DNA from: Planctomycetota bacterium
Lineage (GTDB): Bacteria; Planctomycetota; UBA8108; SXIK01
DNA length: 64,000 nt
Direction of reading: 5' to 3'
Assembly: GCA_965223265.1 (NCBI GenBank)
Contig: OZ244999.1
Span: 8,512,001-8,576,000, forward strand
Shown here: positions 19,501 to 28,727 of the stretch, piece after piece
Layout of the letters: every line of letters begins with the position of its first letter
Numbering within the stretch: position 1 is the first letter of the stretch
Notes under the pieces: model-generated
Told to the model about the DNA's origin: nothing
Database searches by the model: none
Seen by the model: only the letters and a program-made list of their open reading frames with translations
Position numbers and translations under genes: made by a program

Positions 19501-20854
19501 GGGTGAGAAGGCGCGGTTTCAGGCTTTTCTCACTCGGCATCAGGAAGGGCGGGACGAAATCCATGTACGCCGCTCGGCGCGTTCGTCGGCGCGAACGGAG
19601 GAGTTCCTCACCGATGAGTTCTCGGCGCTGAACTTCCTGATGCCAGACGACGAGCGCGATCTCCGCATCAAAGAGCGTTTCGGGGACGACGTTTTTCGCG
19701 CATTGAAGGCGGATCGACGCGGCGTTGTCCGCGACATTTTCGGGACACGGCCATATCACATGCTGCCGCGCCACGAACGCGTCTTCAATCCTTACCGACT
19801 TTTTCACAAGTATCTTGGCGGGGCGAAGTTCTTCCTCCTGCCGCTGGTTTTCGTGCTTGGCGCCCTACGTTTGCTCTCGAAGGCCCTGCAGCAAGTCGTT
19901 TTCCTCGTGCGTGAAGTGCTCGGTCGGGAGAGGTTCCGTCGCAGTCAACGCAACCGATTCGCGAGTTTCGACGTCGCGGTGCGAAAGATCGATCGGATGC
20001 GCAAGCCGTTTTTCATGGAAGCGCTGAAGCTACGCGCCACGGTCGACATCGATTATCTCGGCCTGAACGTGCCGGGAGTGCCTGAACGCGACAGTCGCGT
20101 CACCTACGAGGACGATCTGAACTTCGTCACTGCCACCGAAGCTGAGCGACATCCTGTTGAGGAGGCGAGAAGGAACGCGGTGAGGGACCTTCGACGCTTG
20201 CGCGGTTTCTTTTCCCAGCGTGGCTGGACTCGCGACGGTTTTTCGGGCCTCTTCGAAGCGCTCGAGTTGCCAGAGTCGATGCGCGGTGACCGGACGTCAA
20301 TCCTGCGTGCCCTTGCGACTGCTTTCGTGACGGACCACGGGGGGCTGCGCCAGACGATCACTGCGCCTCAGATCGTTCGGGAATTCATCGACACAGCGCT
20401 CGCGGCACGAGAGTCATTCGGTAGTCGGGTCGAACACGCCTTCTTCAGTCTCTTGTTCTTTTTGCCAACGCGCCGCCGCCGCCGCCGATTTCTTCGCGAC
20501 TATCTGGAACACGCTACGGGTGGGCAGTCACTCGATCCAAAGCGTCGTCAGAAGCTTTGGAGAGCCTTGGCGGCGGCAGACCCGGACAAGGAAGCCGCTT
20601 TTGAATCCGTCGTCAGGGTAGCGCAAGAGAAGGCGCTTGGACGCGACGCCACGGTGGAAAGTTTTCGCCAAGTAGCGCACGACCACGGAGTTTGGACGCA
20701 GCGACTGATCACCGTGCGCACGATTCAAACGATCACCGTCCTCGACATCGAATGCTATCGCGACCTCATTTGGGTCCTTGGAGACTACGAGTCGGAGGTC
20801 CCGAAGCTGCGAGCCGATCATCGAGGCGTTCTGCCGGTGAGCGAGGGGCGCTGA
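16559..20854 (+). CDS. Large membrane protein with an Ion_trans-like S1-S4 (voltage-sensor-like) module
   Basis: Long ORF with genome-typical codon usage; TM segments WENFILVLV, DLVFCVIFQLDFFIRW, FFFESLPALP and an S4-like RLQRFVRLLRVFR. Confidence 0.75.
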   Translation: MPERFEIFGRGETEGVEALYRNHRDGRPSAALIEDIVQQRIGTLERLRAMRADEASLVLSEAVSGLERRVTTITDGTASPFDAEILLAQQLRWCLWLSDLVTDQLGRDPFAYIEDDIDWVERSTRRLGDWDRELQGEASQLAAQVDFLKERVTGRKCSRFLAPVAPAVESEPPLERAFRLWYAVSESFTLEMRIAKLGRGTGDPAAEAGTSKGEGQSSRTVGSSELLRLQERRGELRSELQRTLCDLQPAEIAEFCRPCASELLDHSSGLLTETATSRARHRIASLRALRSQLDFFLKITTPERATVLSQLEGEGCRELARKFRQLDRLRSRTLNAEREEVAAHRLRRFFGASRVKVWENFILVLVCAFLALVIADWWLSSLLVDDDKTVGMRVEDSRGGLLPAGVAQAEGRVNLGTVAASREFVVTEASVDQNRIRRWIRSLHIVDLVFCVIFQLDFFIRWGFAGWRGWFFRRHFFFESLPALPYALLLPYLQGVIVFRLQRFVRLLRVFRVFAFFVRGADQAVERFRPVIDRDIILFETGETQEFPESPLKIRLLDLGERFSRAVRSVYRDLGWAERPRVLSRCVQALDVESQLVGAMSLPYRRDLMHFAKEVRLEVLIGRCLNCDVGRALTYFGREGAQRIAQWLRRLDIPIFRRAPFVRRLMPAARIPDPSEAASAAVKAMGQILQEFLGVMRFWGDMAGITTGPQILDRIATALVMATKRPAVRLFLLASLFLFLDLLSGLVGENSFIGVASTKVFQLLGLPLYIVGGLCLVLLFMGFWFKRIAGEALSEHLRVADAHFLTLIKHWKLPRCERDLRRMYRSVLAPEFHLRGISGLDDASSIRFLAAPVRSKLLHNSGLADTSVEPCREFHDERQAIALHYETYLDSPVLHREDNATSIQLLGNLALRDLRTNTIGLSRRQFRKLERLNLERQSILSLGPYFWFRFITESLAIETAKLVREYNASCIAISDLPHATEGEKARFQAFLTRHQEGRDEIHVRRSARSSARTEEFLTDEFSALNFLMPDDERDLRIKERFGDDVFRALKADRRGVVRDIFGTRPYHMLPRHERVFNPYRLFHKYLGGAKFFLLPLVFVLGALRLLSKALQQVVFLVREVLGRERFRRSQRNRFASFDVAVRKIDRMRKPFFMEALKLRATVDIDYLGLNVPGVPERDSRVTYEDDLNFVTATEAERHPVEEARRNAVRDLRRLRGFFSQRGWTRDGFSGLFEALELPESMRGDRTSILRALATAFVTDHGGLRQTITAPQIVREFIDTALAARESFGSRVEHAFFSLLFFLPTRRRRRRFLRDYLEHATGGQSLDPKRRQKLWRALAAADPDKEAAFESVVRVAQEKALGRDATVESFRQVAHDHGVWTQRLITVRTIQTITVLDIECYRDLIWVLGDYESEVPKLRADHRGVLPVSEGR

Positions 20855-20933
20855 TAGACGGAGACAGAACCCCGTCGATGAAGCGGCCGCTTGACGCTTC
20901 GTAACCGTGACAACTTCAAGCGATCTTCTTCCT

Positions 20934-21971
20934 TTACCTCTCTTTAAGATCTTCGCCTTTCTCTCCAAAATGTTTTTCCACAAGCAACCGAGCAAGATTC
21001 CTGTTTCCCTCGGCCTCCGTAGCGTTAGACGCCACTCTTGCAAGAGAGGAGCGAATCGAACTTCGAGTACCATCTTCTAACAGGTGGTTCAAATCGTTGA
21101 GAAGAGTTTCGATACTTTCGAGGGCATTGGCCCGAACATCCGCGTCCTGATCCAACAGGCTTTGTTTTGCAATCATGAGTGAGTCGAGTGACTGAATAGA
21201 GGACAACATAAAGAGAGCAAAGGCCCGGGTCGGGGCCGATTGAGCGCGAACCCCTTCCTTCAAGGCAGAGAGCGCCTCCGGGTTCCCGTTGTACGCAAAG
21301 CCAGACAACCCTCGTAGTCTTGCCCGCGCCGTTGCCAAGTCTGAGGTCTCCAAATCAAGAAGATCTTTTAGAATAGCTCCTAGACCGGAGCCTGTTTTGT
21401 TGCAGTGCAAAGCAAAAGCTTTTAATGCCCCGCCAGCCATGTCTCTATTCTCCTCGGACGAATCAGTTCTAAGGATTTTCAGCAGTCGAGGCGCACAGAA
21501 TAGAGCCGAACAGCCAGTAGAAGTAAGGAGACCGAGAAGGTGACGGCGAGTTTCTGCATCTCCCTCCTCTAGTAGATCCAGCACCGCCTGCCGATTGTCC
21601 GCTGCCAAACCGCATTTCTGAACGATTCGATCTAATTCATACCCACCACCGCCGGTCGTCGCCAGTATTTCTATTAACCGCGGAATTGCGGTTTCTTGCG
21701 ACGCAGGATCTCCCCTTCTTAAAGCATCGAGTGCGTGAACGAGCACGGATGTGTCAGGGCTCTCCAGGGCGAGCAGGACGACTCTATAAGCATGTGAGTT
21801 TGACTCGTATAAATCTGGAAGTCGCTTGGCGGCGGCGGCGCGAACGTTTCTGTTTTCGCTCTGGAGCTGTTGAGCGACGAGAACAACCAGGTAAACCTTG
21901 AAATACAGGGCAACAAAGATAACAACGACCAGAGCGGCAGACGAAACGACAAACAAAGTTCGCTTACTCAT
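20934..21971 (-). CDS. Membrane-anchored HEAT-repeat protein
   Basis: N-terminal TM helix; repeats such as NVRAAAAKRL, LVHALDAL, TRAFALFML, DVRANALESI; visibly lower GC than neighbours. Confidence 0.7.
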   Translation of the reverse strand: MSKRTLFVVSSAALVVVIFVALYFKVYLVVLVAQQLQSENRNVRAAAAKRLPDLYESNSHAYRVVLLALESPDTSVLVHALDALRRGDPASQETAIPRLIEILATTGGGGYELDRIVQKCGLAADNRQAVLDLLEEGDAETRRHLLGLLTSTGCSALFCAPRLLKILRTDSSEENRDMAGGALKAFALHCNKTGSGLGAILKDLLDLETSDLATARARLRGLSGFAYNGNPEALSALKEGVRAQSAPTRAFALFMLSSIQSLDSLMIAKQSLLDQDADVRANALESIETLLNDLNHLLEDGTRSSIRSSLARVASNATEAEGNRNLARLLVEKHFGEKGEDLKER

Positions 21972-22154
21972 TTGACTCGTCCTGTCCAACAATTCGATCG
22001 ATACGAAAAGCACTGCTGTGACGACGTCGACTTTCCTGGATGATCTCGAATCTCGAAGGAAAGTCGAGTGTTGCATCAGGTCGACTCTCGGGCAACGTCG
22101 ACCAGACGAAACGCCACTGTCGGTTGAGGATTGAGACGACGTTACTGTGCGCCG

Positions 22155-23426
22155 TCAACGTCCCGGTGCGGTGTCTTCCTTGGCGCCGGCCACGAGGCGC
22201 ACGCAGACCAGCTCGCTGTCTGAGCGCGCGAAAACGTCCTGGCCGGCGAACGCCGGATGGGCCCATGTGCGGCCAATGATGCTTGCCCGTCCGAGATCGA
22301 CGTAGCCTTGCGGTTGCACGCGGCCGAGGAGCAGCTCGCCGCTGGAATTCAGTGCCACGACGTGGCCGTCATCTCCGGCCCACACGATCGAAGCGTGGGG
22401 ATTTCGCTCTTTCGGGTTCACTTGATAGTCATCGCGCCATGCCACTTCGCCGTCTTGCCAGCGAACGGCGAGGAAGCCGCGCGCTTTGTCCAGCGTGAAG
22501 ACCCGCTCACCGTGTGCCAGCGGTGTCGCCATCAGGCAGCTCGGCACTCTGGCTTCCCAGACCAACTTGGCGCTGTCGGGTTGCAAGCGATAGACGCGAC
22601 TTCCGTCCCAATATCCCGAAAGGAATAGGTGTCCTTCGTGAACCAGAGGATTGGCGATCGCGACGTCGAAGTTGCTTGTCCTGAAGGGCGCGGTCCAGCG
22701 CACGACGCCGTCGGAGGGTCGCACGCCATGTGCCGCGTCCGCGGTCCAGATGATGATCTGCGTTTCGTCGCCGACGGTTGCGATGACCGGGCTGGCGTAG
22801 CCCGGGCGATCGTCGAGGGCGCGCCACCGTTCCTTCCCGCTGCGACGATCGAGCGCGATCAACGTACCACCCGGACGGGCGCCGAGTTGGAGGATGAGCA
22901 AGTCGCCATGGACAAGAGGTGACGCCGAGTGGCCCCACTGGGGTGTCTGGGCGCTGAGCTCTCGCGCCGCGTCGATCTGCCAGCGCGGTTCGCCTTTGCG
23001 GCGATCGAATGCGTGCACGTGACCAACGGCTCCGACCGTGTAGATCGTGTGCTTCGAGATGGTCGGCGTTGCTCGAGGGCCGCTGCCGTAGTCGAGGTCG
23101 CCGTAATCAGCGCTATAGCGAAACTCCCACAGCTTCGTCCCGTCGCGACGATCGACGACGAGGGCGCGCTCCGTACCATCGGTACCGCGATCCATGACCA
23201 CGACCTGATCCGCCTCGACCGCAACGCCTGCATAACCGCCACCAACCTCGACACGCCAGCGCTCTTTAACGTTCTCCGGCGACAGGCGCGGCGGCAGCTG
23301 CACGTCGCGCCACCTAGCTTCCGCTCCTGGCCCTAAAAAGCGGGGCCAGTCCGTTGCTGCTAATTGCGCCGCCGACATGAGGGCAGCGAATGCTGTCAGG
23401 GTCCAAGTCGCTCTCGTCATGTTCAT
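22155..23426 (-). CDS. PQQ-like beta-propeller (BamB-like) exported protein
   Basis: Signal peptide, DWPRFLGP, GPRATP, repeated D..G...W blades, WAHPA. Confidence 0.88.
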   Translation of the reverse strand: MNMTRATWTLTAFAALMSAAQLAATDWPRFLGPGAEARWRDVQLPPRLSPENVKERWRVEVGGGYAGVAVEADQVVVMDRGTDGTERALVVDRRDGTKLWEFRYSADYGDLDYGSGPRATPTISKHTIYTVGAVGHVHAFDRRKGEPRWQIDAARELSAQTPQWGHSASPLVHGDLLILQLGARPGGTLIALDRRSGKERWRALDDRPGYASPVIATVGDETQIIIWTADAAHGVRPSDGVVRWTAPFRTSNFDVAIANPLVHEGHLFLSGYWDGSRVYRLQPDSAKLVWEARVPSCLMATPLAHGERVFTLDKARGFLAVRWQDGEVAWRDDYQVNPKERNPHASIVWAGDDGHVVALNSSGELLLGRVQPQGYVDLGRASIIGRTWAHPAFAGQDVFARSDSELVCVRLVAGAKEDTAPGR

Positions 23427-23505
23427 GGAAGGATAGGAGGCTGCCCTAGCGACATCGTCTGCTCGCCGCAGCGAGCGCCGGCGCCGGGGGGTAAGGACTT
23501 TCGTG

Positions 23506-23991
23506 CTAGAGGAAACCTCCGACACATTCACCGACGGCGAGCAGTGCCTCCGTCTCGGTCGCCGAAAACTCGTGGGGAGTCGGTTTGGCAACGCCGAGAG
23601 TGCCTCGAAGGACACCGTCCACAAGCAGCGGGAGTGCAATGCTTCCTTCTACCTTCGTCTCTTTGGCGGCCGGGCGCGCGACCCCGGATTCGTCCGTCTG
23701 TAGGTTGCAAGTCTGCACCGGTTCGAGCCGTGCCGCCGCGAGACCCGCCATTCCCTTACCGCGTGGAATGCACTGCACCTGGCCGAGGATCGACGCCGGG
23801 ATTCCGCGCTGGGCGACGAGCTCCAGTTCGTCGCTGTCCGAGTGGTAGCGGTGTAGAGTGCCCACGGTGCAGTCAAACGCCTGGAGAATCTTTTCTAGCG
23901 TCGTCTGATAAGTGGTCGCCGACGGTTCTCCGGACAATAGGAGATGGAGCTCGGAGAGGAGTTGAGGGCGGGGGGCGTTGGCACTCGGCAT
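23506..23991 (-). CDS. Stand-alone GAF domain protein
   Basis: IPRGKGMAGLAA, SIALPL, GTLGVA...HEFS..E...L. Confidence 0.85.
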   Translation of the reverse strand: MPSANAPRPQLLSELHLLLSGEPSATTYQTTLEKILQAFDCTVGTLHRYHSDSDELELVAQRGIPASILGQVQCIPRGKGMAGLAAARLEPVQTCNLQTDESGVARPAAKETKVEGSIALPLLVDGVLRGTLGVAKPTPHEFSATETEALLAVGECVGGFL

Positions 23992-24107
23992 GGCTCAGCC
24001 CCACATCCTACGCGAGAATCTCTGCCGGCAACATAGCCGGCTTTCGGAATGTGCTGCTAGCTCCACCGACGTTTTGGCAGCGACGCCAGGAGCGAAACAG
24101 GGCGCAC

Positions 24108-24150
24108 AAAAAAAACGCGGGCGCAGGAGGTCGAGTCTCCTGCGCCCGCG
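24108..24150 (-). terminator. Rho-independent terminator of the PEP-CTERM gene
   Basis: 14-bp stem CGCGGGCGCAGGAG/CTCCTGCGCCCGCG followed by T8 on the minus strand. Confidence 0.9.
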
Positions 24151-24170
24151 ATGCATGTCTTAACGACTGA

Positions 24171-24800
24171 CTATTTCCGGGTGCGTCGACGACGCCGCGC
24201 CAGCGCGAGGGCTCCGGCGCCAAGTCCAAGCAGCGCAACGGTGCCCGGCTCCGGCACAGAACCGATGCCTCCACCGCCACCGCCGGCGTAAACACCCAAG
24301 CCGTAGATCATGAACTCATCACCGTAGCTCGGCGCGGTGATTTTGACCATGCTGGTCGGCTCGATGTCGACCGTCGCCAACCAAGTCCCGTCCTCATGGT
24401 AGGTTGGGACTTTTGCGCTGTGCAGCTCACCGTTCACTTCGATCTGAAAATCATCGTTCCAGTCCCCGAAAGTGAACGTGATGCTCTTGATTTCCACGAC
24501 TTCGGAGAAGCTGAACTCGACGGTCTCAGCGCCGCTCCAGCCGTCGGTCAGCATGCCACCGATGCCCAGTCCGCCGAACGACTGGACCACGTTGGCCGCG
24601 GCCCCATTCTCCCAGCCACTGACAGTGACCGCCAGGCCACCCGGCTGGGAAGAGAATCTAGCTTCGTGACCTAGATTGTTGACGTCCCAAAAGTGGGGCG
24701 AGGCGAAATTGAAGTGAAACTCATCTGCCTGAAGGCTTTGCATGCCAAAAAGGCAGACTCCGACAAAGAAGCCCGGTACGGCTTTTCGCAAAAAACTCAT
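24171..24800 (-). CDS. PEP-CTERM sorting domain protein
   Basis: Signal peptide; C-terminal VPEPG, hydrophobic helix and RRRRRTRK. Confidence 0.92.
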   Translation of the reverse strand: MSFLRKAVPGFFVGVCLFGMQSLQADEFHFNFASPHFWDVNNLGHEARFSSQPGGLAVTVSGWENGAAANVVQSFGGLGIGGMLTDGWSGAETVEFSFSEVVEIKSITFTFGDWNDDFQIEVNGELHSAKVPTYHEDGTWLATVDIEPTSMVKITAPSYGDEFMIYGLGVYAGGGGGGIGSVPEPGTVALLGLGAGALALARRRRRTRK

Positions 24801-24873
24801 CCTTACGCGCCTTTCGTTCCTCGTGAGGTGTAAACGTTGACGAGCTTTAATTTTGCGGGGCCGAAAAGCCAGT

Positions 24874-24889
24874 TGCAACAAAAATGCCG
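24874..24889 (-). promoter_or_regulatory. Putative sigma54 promoter (proximal) for the PEP-CTERM gene
   Basis: Minus strand CGGCATTTTTGTTGCA (GG-N10-GC). Confidence 0.55.
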
Positions 24890-25013
24890 AGTCAATACGG
24901 TACTGTTTCACAGAGACGTTCCTCGATGTAGTCCGGATCGTGTTCCCGTTTCCCTCTTCACAGAACTTTCCACTTCCCTAACAGTGTGTTGGAAAGCACA
25001 CCAAAATATCCCA

Positions 25014-25029
25014 AGCAAACTTTATGCCG
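25014..25029 (-). promoter_or_regulatory. Putative sigma54 promoter (distal) for the PEP-CTERM gene
   Basis: Minus strand CGGCATAAAGTTTGCT; palindrome TGTAAG-N5-CTTACG about 80 bp further upstream (25109-25125). Confidence 0.55.
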
Positions 25030-25314
25030 CGGCTGCGTTTCGCCCTCAAGCGGTTAGGTAGCCGTGAGTTATGCGGTGGGGCTTGGTTATCGTCTCTCTT
25101 TAGGTTTGTGTAAGCCGACCTTACGGAGTTCTGCCAGATAGGCCTGCCTGTCTCTATAACTGACTTTAAACCAGAAGGTTACGGAGTATGTTAGGACTCT
25201 TTACACGTCGTTCACGTCCACCGAACGTTGAGCCACTCTTTTTCGCGTCAGGACCTGGAGAACCTCGGGCTGCGTGATGTAGAGTCCTCTCGATCTTGGA
25301 CTCGAGGTGCACTC

Positions 25315-26742
25315 ATGAGACGTTCGCGCGGTTTGCTTGTTTGTCTTGTCGGAGTCCATTGCGGCCTCCTGCTTTTTGGCTGTCGCTCTCGACCAACCGT
25401 TCCGGACCTCGGCGAAATCTACAACCGAGCCGCCCAATACCACGGGGAAGGACGCAATCCGGTCATCGTGATCCCCGGCATTTTGGGGTCGCGGCTCGTC
25501 AAGGGCGACGACGGCTCGGCGGTCTGGGGTCTCTTCGGCGGAGACTACGCGGATCCGTCGACCGCCGACGGAGCCGGGTTGATCGCGGTGCCGATGCGCG
25601 AGGGCGCGGCGCTGCACGAGCTTACCGACGACGTTGTTCCCGATGGCGTTCTCGACAGCCTCGAGGTGAACGTGTTTGGACTGCCGATCGAGTTCCAAGC
25701 GTACATGCAGATTCTGGGTACGCTCGGCGTCGGCGGCTACCGCGATGAGCAGTTTGGCCTGGCGGGTGCGATCGACTATGGCGATGACCACTTCACGTGC
25801 TTTCAGTTCGGCTACGATTGGCGCCGCGACAATGCGGAGAACGCCAAGCGTTTGCATGAGTTCATTCTCGAGAAACGTGCCTACATCGCCGCGGAGCTGC
25901 GCAAGCGCGGCCTGCCACCGCGGGAGATCAAGTTCGACCTCATCGCGCATTCGATGGGGGGGCTGATCTCGCGCTACTATCTGCGCTACGGCGCTGCGGA
26001 CCTGCCCACCGACGGCTCGACGCCGGAAGTGACGTGGGCGGGAGCGGAGAACGTGGAGCGAGCCATTCTTGTTGGCACCCCGAACGCCGGATCGATCTAC
26101 GCGTTCGACCAGCTCGTGCACGGAATTTCATTCTCTCGACTTTTCCCGAAGTACTCCGCCGCCCTTCTTGGCACCATGCCCTCGATCTACCAGCTCATGC
26201 CACGACCACGCCATGGCGCGTTCGTCCAGCGCGAGACTGGGCAGGCCATAGAAGACATCTTCGACGCCTCCACATGGCAGCAGATGAAGTGGGGCTTGGC
26301 CTCGTTTCGCCAGGACGAAACGTTGGAGCTTTTGCTTCCAGATGTTCCTGACGCGGCAGCCCGGCGCCGTATCGCGCTAGATCACCAGCGCAAGTGTCTC
26401 GATCGAGCTCGTCGATTTGCCGCCGCCCTCGACCTCCCTGCGGCGCCGCCGGACGGACTCAGACTTTATCTTATCGCAGGCGACTCCATGATGACGGGTG
26501 CCGTGGCGGCGATCAGTCGACACGGAGCCGTGGAGATCGTCGAGACCGCCCCCGGTGATGGGACAGTGCTGCGCTCCAGTGCGCTCATGGACGAACGCGT
26601 CGGTTCTGAGTGGAGCCCGCACGTTCGCTCGCCTGTGGACTGGCGCCAAGCGACGTTTCTTTTCACGGATCACTTAGGTCTGACGAGTGATCCTGCCTTC
26701 ACGGACAACGTTCTCTACATCCTTCTGGAAGACCCGCGGTAA
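25315..26742 (+). CDS. Lipoprotein alpha/beta-hydrolase (LCAT/PGAP1-like lipase or acyltransferase)
   Basis: Lipobox LLFG-C; VIVIPGILGS, YDWR, IAHSMGG, GTPNAGS, GDGTV. Confidence 0.85.
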   Translation: MRRSRGLLVCLVGVHCGLLLFGCRSRPTVPDLGEIYNRAAQYHGEGRNPVIVIPGILGSRLVKGDDGSAVWGLFGGDYADPSTADGAGLIAVPMREGAALHELTDDVVPDGVLDSLEVNVFGLPIEFQAYMQILGTLGVGGYRDEQFGLAGAIDYGDDHFTCFQFGYDWRRDNAENAKRLHEFILEKRAYIAAELRKRGLPPREIKFDLIAHSMGGLISRYYLRYGAADLPTDGSTPEVTWAGAENVERAILVGTPNAGSIYAFDQLVHGISFSRLFPKYSAALLGTMPSIYQLMPRPRHGAFVQRETGQAIEDIFDASTWQQMKWGLASFRQDETLELLLPDVPDAAARRRIALDHQRKCLDRARRFAAALDLPAAPPDGLRLYLIAGDSMMTGAVAAISRHGAVEIVETAPGDGTVLRSSALMDERVGSEWSPHVRSPVDWRQATFLFTDHLGLTSDPAFTDNVLYILLEDPR

Positions 26743-26843
26743 CGCGGATCGGCGGCGTTTGATTTCGTTCGCCCGGCCTGGCTTGGCCAGCTGAGCAACA
26801 CCCGAAGTCGCAAACGACTTCGACAGTTGACTGCGAGGATCAA

Positions 26844-27551
26844 ATGACGGACCGACTCAAGAATCTCACGTATCCCGTGGTCCAGATCTCTCTCGACCTG
26901 ACGTCCATTGACGAGGCGCTCGACACCGCGTCGATGGCTGTCGAAGCGGGAGTTGATTGGCTTGAGGTGGGCACCCCCCTCATCTTGGCAGAGGGACTGC
27001 ATGCCGTGCGTCAACTGCGCGATCGTTTCCCCTCGCATCCAGTCGTGGCGGATCTGAAGACGATGGATGGGGGCTATCTTGAGGCTGAAATGATGGCGAA
27101 GGCGGGCGCAGACCTCGTCGTTGTGATGGGACGAGCCCACGAAGCGACGATCAGAGCCGTGGTCGAGGCTTGTTGCGACTACGGAATCAAGTGCATGGGC
27201 GACGACCTTGGCGCCGAAGACAAACCTGCCAACGCACGATGGATGCAAGATCTCGGTGTTGATTTTATCATTCATCATGTTGGCTATGACGAGCGGCGTT
27301 TAATCCCTGACGTTCATCCCCTCAACGAGCTCGAGTCGGTCGTCAAGGCCGTCGATATTCCCGTCCAAGCCGTCGGTGGACTCACGATCCGCCAGGCGAT
27401 CGAGTGTCCTCGCCACGGTGCACCCCTCGTCGTTCTCGGCGCGCCGCTGGTGATCGATGCCGACGAGTTCAAGACCTCGACGAATGATCTCCGCTCAGTC
27501 CTGACGAAGATCGTTACAGAAATTCGTACCACACCCTATGTTCGCCCTTGA
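26844..27551 (+). CDS. HUMPS/KGPDC family enzyme (3-hexulose-6-phosphate synthase-like, OMP decarboxylase fold)
   Basis: QISLD, LEVGTPLILAEG, VADLKTMDGGYLEA, HVGYD. Confidence 0.88.
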   Translation: MTDRLKNLTYPVVQISLDLTSIDEALDTASMAVEAGVDWLEVGTPLILAEGLHAVRQLRDRFPSHPVVADLKTMDGGYLEAEMMAKAGADLVVVMGRAHEATIRAVVEACCDYGIKCMGDDLGAEDKPANARWMQDLGVDFIIHHVGYDERRLIPDVHPLNELESVVKAVDIPVQAVGGLTIRQAIECPRHGAPLVVLGAPLVIDADEFKTSTNDLRSVLTKIVTEIRTTPYVRP

Positions 27552-27629
27552 CGCCGATACACCTCCCCTGACGCGCCGCTTCAATCACCCGGTGCCGATC
27601 GCGCGACTTGGTCGTTTGGAGAGCGACTC

Positions 27630-28676
27630 ATGACCCTTGCGGTTGTTCACTACGCTTTGCAGGAGATGGCGGTCGAGCTGCGCGAGTTCGACCGACCATC
27701 GATCGGTCCGGACGATGTCCTCTTGCGCGTCGGCGCCGTGAGTGTTTGCGGCTCGGACGTGCACCAGGCGCACAACACGCACACCTGGGCGGTCAATCTT
27801 CCCGTTGTGCTTGGGCACGAATTCGCCGGCACCGTCGCCGAGATCGGCGACAGGGTCGACGGTTTCGCTATCGGTGACCGCGTCGTCTCCGAGACGGCCG
27901 CTGAAATCTGCGGGCGCTGCGTTCTGTGTCGCCAGGGACGCTACAACTTGTGTCCCGAGCGTAAGGGGTTTGGCTACGGCACCCACGGCGCGATGACCAG
28001 CTATGTACGGGTGCCCGCGCGTTGTCTGCACCATATTCCGGACTCGCTACCGTTTGAGCACGCGGCGCTGACCGAACCGTGCTGCGTCGCCTACCACGCG
28101 ACCTGCTTGAACGCCACGATTCGACCTGGCGATACGGTCGTTGTTCTTGGTCCCGGTCCGATCGGTCTTTTGTGTGCGCGGATGGCGGTACTCGCGGGGG
28201 CGTGTCCCGTCATCGCGATCGGCCTGACTCGCGACCAACCGCGCCTGGAAACCGCGCAGCGGCACCTCGGTGCAACGCACGGCGTCGACGCGCAGCGCGA
28301 AGATCCGCTCGAACTCGTCCGGTCTCTCGGCGACGGCTTTGGAGCGGACGTTGTGATCGATGCAGCGGGTTCCTCGGCGACGGTGCGGCTGGCTCAGAGC
28401 CTTGTGCGTCCGGACGGCGTGATTAGCAAAGTCGGCTGGGGGCCCGAGCCGCTTGATTGCACACTCGATCCGATCGTGCTGAAGAACGTCACGCTGCAGG
28501 GAAGTTTCAGCCATACCTATGCCATGTGGGAGAAGGTGCTGCACCTGCTAGCGGCCGGGAAGATCCCCGTTGAGCGGATCGTCGGTTGCCAGTTGCCGCT
28601 CACGGAGTGGCGCCAGGCATTCGACGCGATGCACGCGGGAGAGCTGATCAAGGGTGTTCTGATTCCGCAGGAGTAA
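27630..28676 (+). CDS. Zinc-binding polyol/alcohol dehydrogenase (MDR family)
   Basis: CGSDVH, GHEFAG, CGRCVLC...NLC, EP, GPGPIG. Confidence 0.93.
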   Translation: MTLAVVHYALQEMAVELREFDRPSIGPDDVLLRVGAVSVCGSDVHQAHNTHTWAVNLPVVLGHEFAGTVAEIGDRVDGFAIGDRVVSETAAEICGRCVLCRQGRYNLCPERKGFGYGTHGAMTSYVRVPARCLHHIPDSLPFEHAALTEPCCVAYHATCLNATIRPGDTVVVLGPGPIGLLCARMAVLAGACPVIAIGLTRDQPRLETAQRHLGATHGVDAQREDPLELVRSLGDGFGADVVIDAAGSSATVRLAQSLVRPDGVISKVGWGPEPLDCTLDPIVLKNVTLQGSFSHTYAMWEKVLHLLAAGKIPVERIVGCQLPLTEWRQAFDAMHAGELIKGVLIPQE

Positions 28677-28727
28677 GGCCTCTGTTTTCGTTCGGCTGGT
28701 CCTGGTGGATTGATTCGAAAGGCGGTC

